A stretch of DNA of 64,000 bases from an uncultured Methanomassiliicoccales archaeon (GTDB lineage: Archaea > Thermoplasmatota > Thermoplasmata > Methanomassiliicoccales > UBA472). Location: the NCBI GenBank assembly GCA_963695345.1, contig OY968769.1, positions 544,001 to 608,000 on the forward strand, read 5' to 3'. Positions 55,230 through 64,000 of this stretch are shown here, piece by piece (position 1 is the first letter of the stretch; the number at the start of each line of letters is the position of its first letter). The position numbers were made by a program, and so were the translations under genes. The notes under the pieces were generated by a model. The model was not told where the DNA came from, did not search any database, and worked only from the letters and a program-made list of their open reading frames with translations.

Positions 55230-55317
55230 GCGAGGGTAGCCAAGCCAGGTCAAAGGCGACAGACTCAAGATCTGTTCCTGCAGAGGTTCGCCGGTTCAAA
55301 TCCGGCCCTTCGCACCA
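55230..55317 (+). tRNA. tRNA-Leu (CAA), encoded CCA end
   Basis: GCGAGGG..CCTTCGC acceptor stem; ACAGA-CTCAAGA-TCTGT anticodon arm; long variable arm; GGTTCAAATCC. Confidence 0.96.
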
Positions 55318-55559
55318 TCTATCCGAATCCAGGCATTTCTTTTCTATTTTCAATCGGTGGGGAAATGTTCTTTGAAGTATCCAGTGGAGTTGCTCAGGGA
55401 CGTACGAGTACCGAATACAATCCCGCCAGGAACTGAAACAAAACATTTCCCCGATTGGGATGATCGGATCATTAATGGAGCAACGCCGCTCCATGGAATC
55501 ACGAATAATGCCAGACATTTCCCGAGACCGGAGACACTATATCAGAAAATGGCCTCTTT

Positions 55560-55776
55560 GGCAGCACTGGCCGTAGAGGGCTGCAGCCCCTTTACGGCAA
55601 GCGAAACCATAATGGAAACAGCGTTCAGCATGATCAGTAGGTTGTTCGGATATCGGATTGGACGCCGTTCGAAAACGGGTCGGAAAAATGAGGTCCAAGC
55701 CAAGATTGCCATGTTCAATTTATTATTGCTGGCTGGGAAAACGGTTGGTTTACAGAATTAGTTTTGCACCAGGGTC
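55560..55776 (+). mobile_element. IS5-family transposase C-terminal remnant
   Basis: ETAFSMISRLFG..RRS..RKNEV..K..MFN resembles the IS5 DDE C-terminus; followed by TIR-like TTTTGCACCAGGGTC. Confidence 0.6.
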
Positions 55777-56136
55777 GAATCGAACAGATGACTAGAGAGA
55801 TATGCAGCCGAACCCAAATGGATACTGCATTCTTGCGCACATAGTATGTCAACGAAGAAAGTTGGACCTGTTCTTCATGATCTAGCTAGAACCATCGAAA
55901 CCGATTAGCCCAACTATCGTCCTTTGACGGAACCTACACTGATCCTTTCCGGTTGTGCCACATTCGCGGTCGGGAATGTTCGTTGCTGTAAATATCCCAA
56001 GGTTATCGAAAAGTGAAGAATAATGCCAATTTCTTCTTATATATCGTTCGATCGTGTGAAGTAAGAAGACATTCTCACCGAAAATGATGTGACGTATGAG
56101 ATATGTTGTTCTTGGACAAATGTCAAGTCCTCATTA

Positions 56137-56520
56137 TTAAGATTGGACGAACTTTATATATTCCAACGATTCATCCTTCTGGAATGCCGCCAGCATCTGC
56201 TTGACCGAATCCGCTTTCCCAGAAACAAAGAACACGTCAAGGCACTTGCCATTCTTCAGGTGGGAATGGACCTGGGTGGCGATGTTCTTCTGATATTCGT
56301 GGCGTACGTCGTCGAGCTCATGATCGCCACTAGCCTTATGGACTACAATTAATATCCCATCAATATCACCGGTCAACTTTTCCCTTTCCTTGATTTCCAT
56401 TTCGGCCGATCTGAGACAAACCCGAATGGCTTCGGACCGGCCTGCCAGGCCAAGCACGCTCTGGAGCTTGTCAAGGTCCTCTAGGTTCTTCTCAGTGAGG
56501 GATACACTTATAATAGACAT
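56137..56520 (-). CDS. NikR-family ribbon-helix-helix metal regulator
   Basis: IISVSL..RSEAIR; H(EY)..HSH..C(LDV) metal ligands. Confidence 0.88.
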   Translation of the reverse strand: MSIISVSLTEKNLEDLDKLQSVLGLAGRSEAIRVCLRSAEMEIKEREKLTGDIDGILIVVHKASGDHELDDVRHEYQKNIATQVHSHLKNGKCLDVFFVSGKADSVKQMLAAFQKDESLEYIKFVQS

Positions 56521-56627
56521 ATTACGCATTGGGATGTAATTGTTAATATGATATTTATATATCACTGGTGACAAGTTAATAGCTTATGTTATATAATATG
56601 TTATTAATTAAGTGACAAGGTGGTATT

Positions 56628-57983
56628 TTGAAATTAACTCGCAAGGCACGAATAGTCGTGGCAATTGTTCTGGTAGGTCTATTGGTAATATCCGGCGGTA
56701 TTATTCTTACCAGTTCTCAGAGTACGAAACAATCAGGCAAGTTACTGGTTACGGCAAGCTTCTACCCCCTGTATTACTTCTGCAACGAGATAGGAAAGGA
56801 TAGGGTCGAAGTGAACATGCTCATCCCGGACAACGTAGAACCTCACACCTGGGAACCGGCCCCGTCCGATCTGATCAAGGTCTCAAACTCAAAGGTCCTG
56901 GTCTATAATGGCGTTAACTTCGAACCATGGATGTCGAGCTTCCTTGGCCAGGTCGATCAATCAAAAGTTAGCGTCGTTGATACCAGCGCTGGTGTGGACC
57001 TCCTCTTGTCCGACACCGTGATCTGGCCCTACGATCAGGCAGTTGCGCTTCTTGCTGACGGTCCAAATCTGTCCGCAGCTACTTCATTGGACCGGTTAAA
57101 TGCCCAGGTCGTTGAAGCAGCGCCAAGCGTTGTCACCGTCGAGATTTCCAGTGATGGATCTGGCTTTTCGGGCTACCTGCGTCTGAACCTGACCACACCT
57201 GACGATTTTAGAATCTTCATGACCAATGACACGCAGTTCGAGGTTCAGTACGACGACGGGACGACAATAACTCCAGAGCTGACGCTTGGATACGAAGACC
57301 GATATCCCTTTTTCAACAACTCGAAGTTCATGGGCATGGAGTCCGAAACCACCGGCATGTACTACATGCATTTCACTTCTGCCAGCAACCAGACCAAAAT
57401 GGTGATCGTTCAAGGCAGTGGAGAGGAAGAGGTGGAAGGAGTTGTGCACGAGCATGGAGTCAATGACCCGCACTTCTGGATAGACCCCATCTCAGCAAAG
57501 GTCCAAGTGAATAACATCGCCCACGCCCTCGAGACGGCTGACCCTGCGAATGCGACTTTCTATCAAGCGAACGCAGATAATCTAAATGATAGACTGGACA
57601 GTCTGAATCAGGAATACGTCGTGGGTTTGCAGAACCGCACTAAGAACGCGATCATAACTACCCATGAAGGTTTCAATTACTTGGCCCAGCGTTACCACTT
57701 TGATGCCTACGGAGCAGTGGGAATATCTGGAGACAACCAACCAAGCGCCCAGGATATTGCCGCCTTGGCGGATCAGGTCCGAGCCCTTGATTTGCATTAT
57801 GTCTTCAGCGAACCGGTATTCTCAGATGCGGTCATTGACACCGTTGCCAGCGAGACCGGGGCCCAGGTGCTGGTATTGGATGGAGTACATGGTCGGTCTG
57901 GTGTGCATGTCGACATGGACTATTTCCAGATCATGCGTGCCAACCTCGAAGCCCTTGAGAAAGGGCTAGAGGTAACCTCATAA
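56628..57983 (+). CDS. znuA: ZnuA-type (cluster A-I) metal-binding protein with inserted domain
   Basis: ASFYPL, EPHTWEP, DPHFWIDP, HEGFNYL. Confidence 0.88.
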   Translation: MKLTRKARIVVAIVLVGLLVISGGIILTSSQSTKQSGKLLVTASFYPLYYFCNEIGKDRVEVNMLIPDNVEPHTWEPAPSDLIKVSNSKVLVYNGVNFEPWMSSFLGQVDQSKVSVVDTSAGVDLLLSDTVIWPYDQAVALLADGPNLSAATSLDRLNAQVVEAAPSVVTVEISSDGSGFSGYLRLNLTTPDDFRIFMTNDTQFEVQYDDGTTITPELTLGYEDRYPFFNNSKFMGMESETTGMYYMHFTSASNQTKMVIVQGSGEEEVEGVVHEHGVNDPHFWIDPISAKVQVNNIAHALETADPANATFYQANADNLNDRLDSLNQEYVVGLQNRTKNAIITTHEGFNYLAQRYHFDAYGAVGISGDNQPSAQDIAALADQVRALDLHYVFSEPVFSDAVIDTVASETGAQVLVLDGVHGRSGVHVDMDYFQIMRANLEALEKGLEVTS

Positions 57984-58009
57984 ACCCTTTCCCATATTGG
58001 GTGTGTCAG

Positions 58010-58789
58010 ATGAGTGAGAAGATAGTGGAGGTTAGCGATGTCGTTGTTAAGTACGGCGGCAACACGGTGCTAGACCGGGTTTCCCTGGACGTCTTGAGGA
58101 AAGACTTCCTGGGGATCGTCGGTCCAAATGGCGGAGGAAAGACGACCCTCCTGAACGCCATCCTAGGCAACGTCAAGATCTCCTCCGGACACATTAAGCT
58201 GTTCGGCACCGAACTCAACCACTTCAAAGACTTCAATAAGATTGGATACGTCTCTCAGCATGCTATCCAATTCGATCCTCTTTTCCCAGCGACCGTCGAG
58301 GAGATAGTCCGCCTAGGGTGCCTATCCAGGAAGAGGCTGGGGAGAAGGCTAACGGCGGAGAACAAGAAAGAGGTCACCGCGGCGATGGAGCTGGTCGGGA
58401 TTATGGATATCCGCAAGAAAAAGATCAGCGAGCTATCGGGAGGTCAGAAACAGCGGATCTTTATTGCCAAGGCCCTCGTCCGTAAGCCGGAGCTGTTAAT
58501 TCTCGATGAAGCGACCAGCGGTCTGGACGTTTCTATCCAGGACAGGTTCGTTCACCTTCTGAGCCAGCTGAAAGAGGAACAGGGGGTCACGGTTATCACG
58601 GTATCCCACGACCTTTCCGGGGTCATGTGCCAAGCCAACAAATTGGCCATAATCAACAAGAGGCTTGAATTCACGGAGATAGAGGAAGGGAGCGATCCCA
58701 CTGATGCGTTGAGGGACGCCTACGGGGAGCACTTCACCTTCGTTTTCCACCACCTTAGAGATACCTGCATTGGACACGAACATGGGTAG
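58010..58789 (+). CDS. znuC: Metal ABC transporter ATPase
   Basis: GPNGGGKTT, LSGGQKQR, LDEAT, SHD. Confidence 0.9.
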   Translation: MSEKIVEVSDVVVKYGGNTVLDRVSLDVLRKDFLGIVGPNGGGKTTLLNAILGNVKISSGHIKLFGTELNHFKDFNKIGYVSQHAIQFDPLFPATVEEIVRLGCLSRKRLGRRLTAENKKEVTAAMELVGIMDIRKKKISELSGGQKQRIFIAKALVRKPELLILDEATSGLDVSIQDRFVHLLSQLKEEQGVTVITVSHDLSGVMCQANKLAIINKRLEFTEIEEGSDPTDALRDAYGEHFTFVFHHLRDTCIGHEHG

Positions 58790-58797
58790 GGAATGAA

Positions 58798-59658
58798 ATG
58801 GCTGCATCTTTCGATATCATTGCTATGTTCAGTTACGCATTCTTCCAACACGCGTTTATTGGCGGTATCTGCGCAGCGATCCTATGCTCAATACTTGGCG
58901 TGTTCATTGTCCTAAAGCGAGCGGCGCTGATCGGAGAGGGCGTGGCTCACCTTTCCTTTGGAGGAATTGCGTTAGGCCTGTTCCTGTCGATATATCCCCT
59001 GGATAGCGCATTGGTGTTGTCGCTGATCGGTATCTTTGTCATCGCATACATGCAACGCAAGAAGATCGTCTATTCAGAGATGGCCATCGGCATAATGATC
59101 TCGTTTGGGTTAGGGCTTGGCGCGGTGTTGTCCAGCCTTAAGGGTGGGTTCAATGTGGATTTGTTCTCATACCTATTTGGATCGATCCTGACCATCACGA
59201 CCGAGGATACGTATATGATCATAGGATTGTCCGCCGCCGTCCTAGCCTTCGTGCTACTGTTCTTCAAAGAGCTTATGCACATGACCTTCGATGAGCCGGG
59301 CGCAAGGCTGGCAGGCGTGCCGACAATGCTATTCGACCTTGCATTTAATGTGGTCCTGGCGATTACTGTCGTCGTCTCGATCAAGGTGATCGGGTCGCTG
59401 CTCGTGTCAGCCCTTCTGATAATACCAGCGTCCTCAGCCATGCAGCTTTCGAAATCGTTCCGCGGGACCGTTTCAATAAGCATCATATTGGGCGTTATCG
59501 CGGTGGTGCTAGGTCTCATAACTTCGTTCTTATATGATGTTGCCACCGGTGGGGCGATTGTCCTGTTTAGTATCATGATATTCCTGCTGTGCGTCGGGCT
59601 CAAGAGATTCATAGGTAATGAGGAAATTGAGGTCGTAGCCGATAAGGCTAAGATATGA
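58798..59658 (+). CDS. znuB: Metal ABC transporter permease
   Basis: GEGVAHLSFGG, YLFGSIL, TFDE..A, GSLLVSALLIIP. Confidence 0.9.
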   Translation: MAASFDIIAMFSYAFFQHAFIGGICAAILCSILGVFIVLKRAALIGEGVAHLSFGGIALGLFLSIYPLDSALVLSLIGIFVIAYMQRKKIVYSEMAIGIMISFGLGLGAVLSSLKGGFNVDLFSYLFGSILTITTEDTYMIIGLSAAVLAFVLLFFKELMHMTFDEPGARLAGVPTMLFDLAFNVVLAITVVVSIKVIGSLLVSALLIIPASSAMQLSKSFRGTVSISIILGVIAVVLGLITSFLYDVATGGAIVLFSIMIFLLCVGLKRFIGNEEIEVVADKAKI

Positions 59659-60359
59659 ACCCGGGGCTGAAGAAACGACTTTTTATTCCCTGGCGTAACC
59701 AAGAGCCCATATTAATCTCCTAAGACCGCTCAAAGCTTCAATAGTGTAAGCCTGTCGAACAGCCTCTTTTATTGGGATAAAAGCTAGCGTTTGCGCTGTT
59801 CATGGTGATGCATTCGGTGTCCGAGGGGACCATTGGTAAGGAGAGTCAGAGAAATTGAACGGCGATTGCCAGTTAAAGAAACAAATGACGAGAGTATCAT
59901 CAACAACTCATGGTGGGCGAACGGCATTCCTCTTGGTTACCAGTCTTTAACCTCTTTGTAATGAAGGACCGGGTCTCGATGATTGAATAGGTTTGTAGCA
60001 TTTGCCACTTTTATTTGTTGTTTGTTGTTGGAGTCATTCTACCATTTTTCGAAATAGTCTGATTGATAGGATGATATGTTTATTGCTTGGAGCTTGTAAT
60101 TATAATGCCAATTAATTATATATTAATAATATTAATTATTAATAGATGCTCAATATTCCAAATAATTTATGAATTATATAGCAATTGATACTAATAGATA
60201 TTATAAAATATGATATTCATAATATCATAGTGATGCCAAGACCGAACTGCAAACAGTGCATTACGAATGCACTCATGCTGACTTAGCCACCCCATCGATT
60301 TCCTCCATTTGAGTCGAACTCAGCAGTTCGGTCTTGGTAATACTTAACGAGGTTCGAAA

Positions 60360-60821
60360 ATGATAGGTAACGAGATGCTGGTACAGGCCGAAACGATCCA
60401 TAGATTCGGAATCATTGTCCATTTCAAGAGGTTAACCACACCCACTGAAATCACCCATCTGGTTGAGTTGATAATGTCAGAAATTATCTGGGATTGTAAA
60501 AGTGGCGAGTCCCGCCCTATAGGGATATTGGCCTGTCAAACTACGGCAGAAGACAGGAATATCTCTGTAAAAGTCGTTAAGCATGATGGGAGAATCGAGA
60601 TTTCCGGAGCTGTAAAGCATACGACAAACAAAATATATATTGATATCGATTTAAATATTCCGGGCTTTCCCGATTCCCTTTATTCAGACCTTATCGGTCA
60701 CGCATTCGAGCATTTTATCCCCCAGATTGGATACTTCGAGATTAAGGAGGAAGGACAAACAATAAGGTCGATGTTTGAAGGAAGGACCAATTCACGGTCC
60801 CAACCAGTCAATGTTGTTTGA
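60360..60821 (+). CDS. Hypothetical protein
   Basis: 153-aa ORF with GAGGT upstream, downstream of an AT-rich tract; no recognised motif. Confidence 0.5.
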   Translation: MIGNEMLVQAETIHRFGIIVHFKRLTTPTEITHLVELIMSEIIWDCKSGESRPIGILACQTTAEDRNISVKVVKHDGRIEISGAVKHTTNKIYIDIDLNIPGFPDSLYSDLIGHAFEHFIPQIGYFEIKEEGQTIRSMFEGRTNSRSQPVNVV

Positions 60822-60950
60822 GCGAAATGGTGGGTCACAGGTCATTTGTCTGGGCTTTCTGAGGATGGAAGGCTCGATTGACCTTTCTAATCTTGACACT
60901 CGCTCCGATAGCGTGTGTCAAACCAAAAAGCCATGCAGATTTCGATTTAG

Positions 60951-61413
60951 GAAACTGAGTTGAATAACCCGACCCAACACGCAGCCTTCTTCAGAATTGA
61001 GTACTCGACGAACATGCTTTCTGCTTCTTTCATGGCGAGGTCAGGTAGTTTCGATCTGACTTATTCGCTCACCCCCCGTTTGATGGCAGAGAACATCGTC
61101 CCCTCCTGCCATCGAACGTCATTCCTATGTCTCAGCTTCCACAGCACCTCTCCCAGGTCATTCCTCTCATGCAAAACCTTTAGCCGTGTCAGCGAGTGAA
61201 CTAGGCATTTTATATGCATGCGTTCTAGCGCAAACTGATGGCCGGTTCGATCCCTTCCCCATGGATATGATCAAAGTTGTCCAAGATGTCATCTCCGCTG
61301 TCCGCAAGCAATGGGCGATCTGGCCCGAAAGCAGGCGGAACGCCTGCTACGGACATTGCGTCGAATTCACCTCTCCTGAACTGCTTGCCAAATTCGATCG
61401 CATCGATATTCAT
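60951..61413 (-). pseudogene. Degraded IS5-family transposase
   Basis: LLADSG..DNF..GIEPAI.LR*NA ... WK..RWQEGTMFSAIKRG.SE*VRSK..MKE with internal stops; IS903-like end GTTGAATAA near 60959. Confidence 0.65.
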
Positions 61414-61560
61414 TCCCGAAAAGAGCCCACGCCCAGCCTGAGAGACCAAAAACACTAGGAAAATGGAGAATGAATTATCCAGCTGAGATGCTAGGCAAAT
61501 ACCTCAATCTCAATCGAAACCGTTAAATCAAATCGCTTCACAAAACATTTACCGATGTGA

Positions 61561-62850
61561 ATGAATACCAGAAATGTACCAGAAGATGCACTGCCCATTC
61601 TTGAGGATTTGAAGAAATTCGGCTTGATCGATGCAATCCTGGGTCGACGATCGCGAAGATTCTTTCTGGGAGCAGAAATCCCTGACGGAGTATTTGCATA
61701 CCGCTCTAAGCACGATCCATTACCGTTGACGGAGATGGAGAAGTTGCTCATCCTAACTGCATGTGGCAGCGGCAATGGATGGCATAACATGCACATCAGA
61801 GCGGAATCGTATAAGCCATTCCTATCCAACTATTCGGCGGCCGCGGGGGGCCGAACCTTCCCTTCGGCTGCGGGTTTTCACACCAGCATGACATTCTTCA
61901 CGGATGATGATGGAGTCTATGTACTCAATTGCAGGGATGCTCCATCCACCCCAAGGAATGATGACGGTTCGGTCGACTTGGAGGACAGCATGGATGGCGT
62001 AAGGAAATCCATCAAAAAGATCCAAGGGTCACGGCTGACCATTCCTAACCGACCCCCGTTTGTTGAGCCTCACAACACCTGGGTAGCTAACGGGCCGGGG
62101 TCCATGTTGGTGATACCAGTCGCAGATGTAGCCCAACATGTTCTGCTGGGACTCTGTTACCTTCTTCAGAACGGAATAGTGGTGAAGGATGACATCAACA
62201 ACCGATCTATTCCCATGATTGAGAAGTTCAAGGACATGGTTGACGTGAATAACGCTTTACCCATCACCTTCCTGGACCAACTGGCACTTCTAGAGGTTTC
62301 GGCAGAGCTTTCGACGAGTTGTTATGCCGGTGCGTTGATGCTGCAGGCCATGGGGCTCGGCGGCTGGATGTACGATGGCATTGATCCTTTCACCATCCTT
62401 GGCGCCAGCGGCGATCCCGCAGCCAAAGGTCTTGGATTCAGATATGATACCGATGAAAAGTGGCCCTATCCCAATCCGACTGGCCTTGAAGGGATCATGG
62501 AAGGGTATTGTCCTCCGCATTACAAAGATATGAGGGAGGCGGTGGAGGCTGTGGTTGAGCGCAAGTTCGGCCCGGGCGGCCCGTTCAATCCGGATTCGCC
62601 AGGGCCCTGGAAGTCGACGCGCGAAGTGCGCTCTGCGGCCCAAGTACACAGTGAGGAGTTCAGGGAATGTGTGGCGTTGCAGGCGCAATACATTTTCGAC
62701 ACATTCGGAAAATTCCCGGCGACGATACCGTCGATCATGTGTTCGGTATATCTTCAAGCTCACCATCTGGACCTTGATTTCTATGATCACTTTTTCGAGT
62801 CGGGAGCATACCTAAAGACCCACGCGGATCATATGAAAACGTGGCATTGA
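61561..62850 (+). CDS. Nitroreductase-like fold protein
   Basis: DAILGRRSRRF, GRTFPSA and LMLQAMGLGG FMN-binding-type motifs. Confidence 0.65.
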   Translation: MNTRNVPEDALPILEDLKKFGLIDAILGRRSRRFFLGAEIPDGVFAYRSKHDPLPLTEMEKLLILTACGSGNGWHNMHIRAESYKPFLSNYSAAAGGRTFPSAAGFHTSMTFFTDDDGVYVLNCRDAPSTPRNDDGSVDLEDSMDGVRKSIKKIQGSRLTIPNRPPFVEPHNTWVANGPGSMLVIPVADVAQHVLLGLCYLLQNGIVVKDDINNRSIPMIEKFKDMVDVNNALPITFLDQLALLEVSAELSTSCYAGALMLQAMGLGGWMYDGIDPFTILGASGDPAAKGLGFRYDTDEKWPYPNPTGLEGIMEGYCPPHYKDMREAVEAVVERKFGPGGPFNPDSPGPWKSTREVRSAAQVHSEEFRECVALQAQYIFDTFGKFPATIPSIMCSVYLQAHHLDLDFYDHFFESGAYLKTHADHMKTWH

Positions 62851-63226
62851 TGTCCCCTGGGCAATATTCTGAACATCCGTGGCTCCTAATGGACAGGGAA
62901 AAAATGCAAATCAACATGAGGGTCGGGAGGAAATGGCTGGAACCAATTGTGGTCGCTATTCCAGCCTCGCCTCGAAAATGGCTCACGCAGGTCATGACAC
63001 AACCGTTCAGGGATATTGCACGATGGAAGAGGACCATTACTGCGATATGCTCTGAATCGTTCGAGAGGATGATCTCCCTGAAATGATTTGAACCTCGATG
63101 AACTGGCCCGACCTGCCTGACCATTTGCCTATTCCTTTCGATCAGATTTAGAAATGGACCACTCGTCCGACCGAACAATCTCTTGGGGCATTTCCGCTTG
63201 TTTATGAAATGAGGTGGATGAATACC

Positions 63227-63829
63227 TCAAAATATCTTTTCCGCCACGTTCTTGGCCACGAAACCGTCCACAAAGCAATAGATGACGAACATGAGGATCG
63301 AGGTCAATATGCCAGGGACCACTGTCGTCAGCAACAGTTGGGGAATGGAGACCACTATCAACGCGACCAGCAACAAGAAACCGTGGGCCAGTAGTGCGGT
63401 CCACTTTGAATCCGACCTGATGTGCCAGAAGTACGAGGATAGGTTCACGTTCAGCCACCCTATGACGTAGACCAGCGCCAGCACCCCTATGATCAGGCCT
63501 ATCACAGATCCAACCGCGACCAGGAAAACCAGGACCAAAACCCACCCGATGACTATTCCGAACATCACTAGGGAGAAGACCAGTCCATGTAGGAAATATT
63601 TCTTGACATCTTCGAACGTCATGCTCTTGCTATGGATCTTGTATTGTTCAGAAACCGGTTCAACCGATGTCGGGTGCTGGACCATTTCAGGCGCAGGGGG
63701 CGATCCCTCGTTTCCCGAGTGGCCTGTGGGTATCCAACTGCCGCAGAATCTGCATTTGATGGTTGAACCATCTTTGGAACTCCCCGGCTGGCTTGTATCG
63801 ATCTCGTTCCCGCAATACGGACACTTCAT
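63227..63829 (-). CDS. Zinc-ribbon membrane protein
   Basis: MKCPYCG..CRFCG followed by about 4 TM helices. Confidence 0.7.
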   Translation of the reverse strand: MKCPYCGNEIDTSQPGSSKDGSTIKCRFCGSWIPTGHSGNEGSPPAPEMVQHPTSVEPVSEQYKIHSKSMTFEDVKKYFLHGLVFSLVMFGIVIGWVLVLVFLVAVGSVIGLIIGVLALVYVIGWLNVNLSSYFWHIRSDSKWTALLAHGFLLLVALIVVSIPQLLLTTVVPGILTSILMFVIYCFVDGFVAKNVAEKIF

Positions 63830-64000
63830 CCTTTCCCCAGGCCCAGAGCGGAGTATGATGTTTAATAAATATTCCACCTGATTAATGAATTATTACTATC
63901 AACATTCGATAGGTCATTCTCCGAAACACTATTCGAACCGAAAACGATAAATCTACAAAATAAGGACTACGGCCCCAATGGTTAGCATCAGGGTTAACGA

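Noticed and set aside
59750-59766. CCTGTCGAACAGCC resembling an IS terminal repeat
   Set aside because: No partner repeat or transposase remnant recognised
63968-64000. Possible start of a tRNA or 5S rRNA at the window end
   Set aside because: Too short and does not fit either consensus convincingly

Overview
Archaeal, GC-rich chromosome segment, most likely a Methanomassiliicoccales (Thermoplasmata) methanogen. Evidence: mtxX methanogenesis marker, PolD DP2, Rpo3, uL16/L10e, a stand-alone 23S rRNA gene and tetraether lipid synthase. Most of it is housekeeping: leuACDB, queDCE, dph2, serS, alaS, tes-ferredoxin-GGR, mevalonate kinase, rps13-rps4-rps11-rpoD, nifB, sucCD, sua5-map and tRNA-Leu(CAA). 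After the tRNA comes a lower-GC accessory segment with two IS5-like remnants around a NikR-like regulator and znuABC. Many conserved genes, including essential DP2, carry single-base frameshifts that look like assembly indel errors. The most interesting signals are non-coding. (1) An unannotated Leu-rich leader ORF (MSAINNSIYCLLRL-amber) sits in frame with leuA, and its Leu codons can pair with the leuA Shine-Dalgarno, making it a candidate archaeal leucine attenuator. (2) A perfect palindrome lies between trmB and the tetraether-lipid operon. (3) The rps13 leader is highly structured. (4) Three operator boxes repeat with 17-bp period upstream of a TetR operon. (5) Degenerate extra copies of the pre-23S processing-stem 3' arm lie downstream of the rRNA gene. 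All family assignments come from motif recognition by eye, not from database searches.
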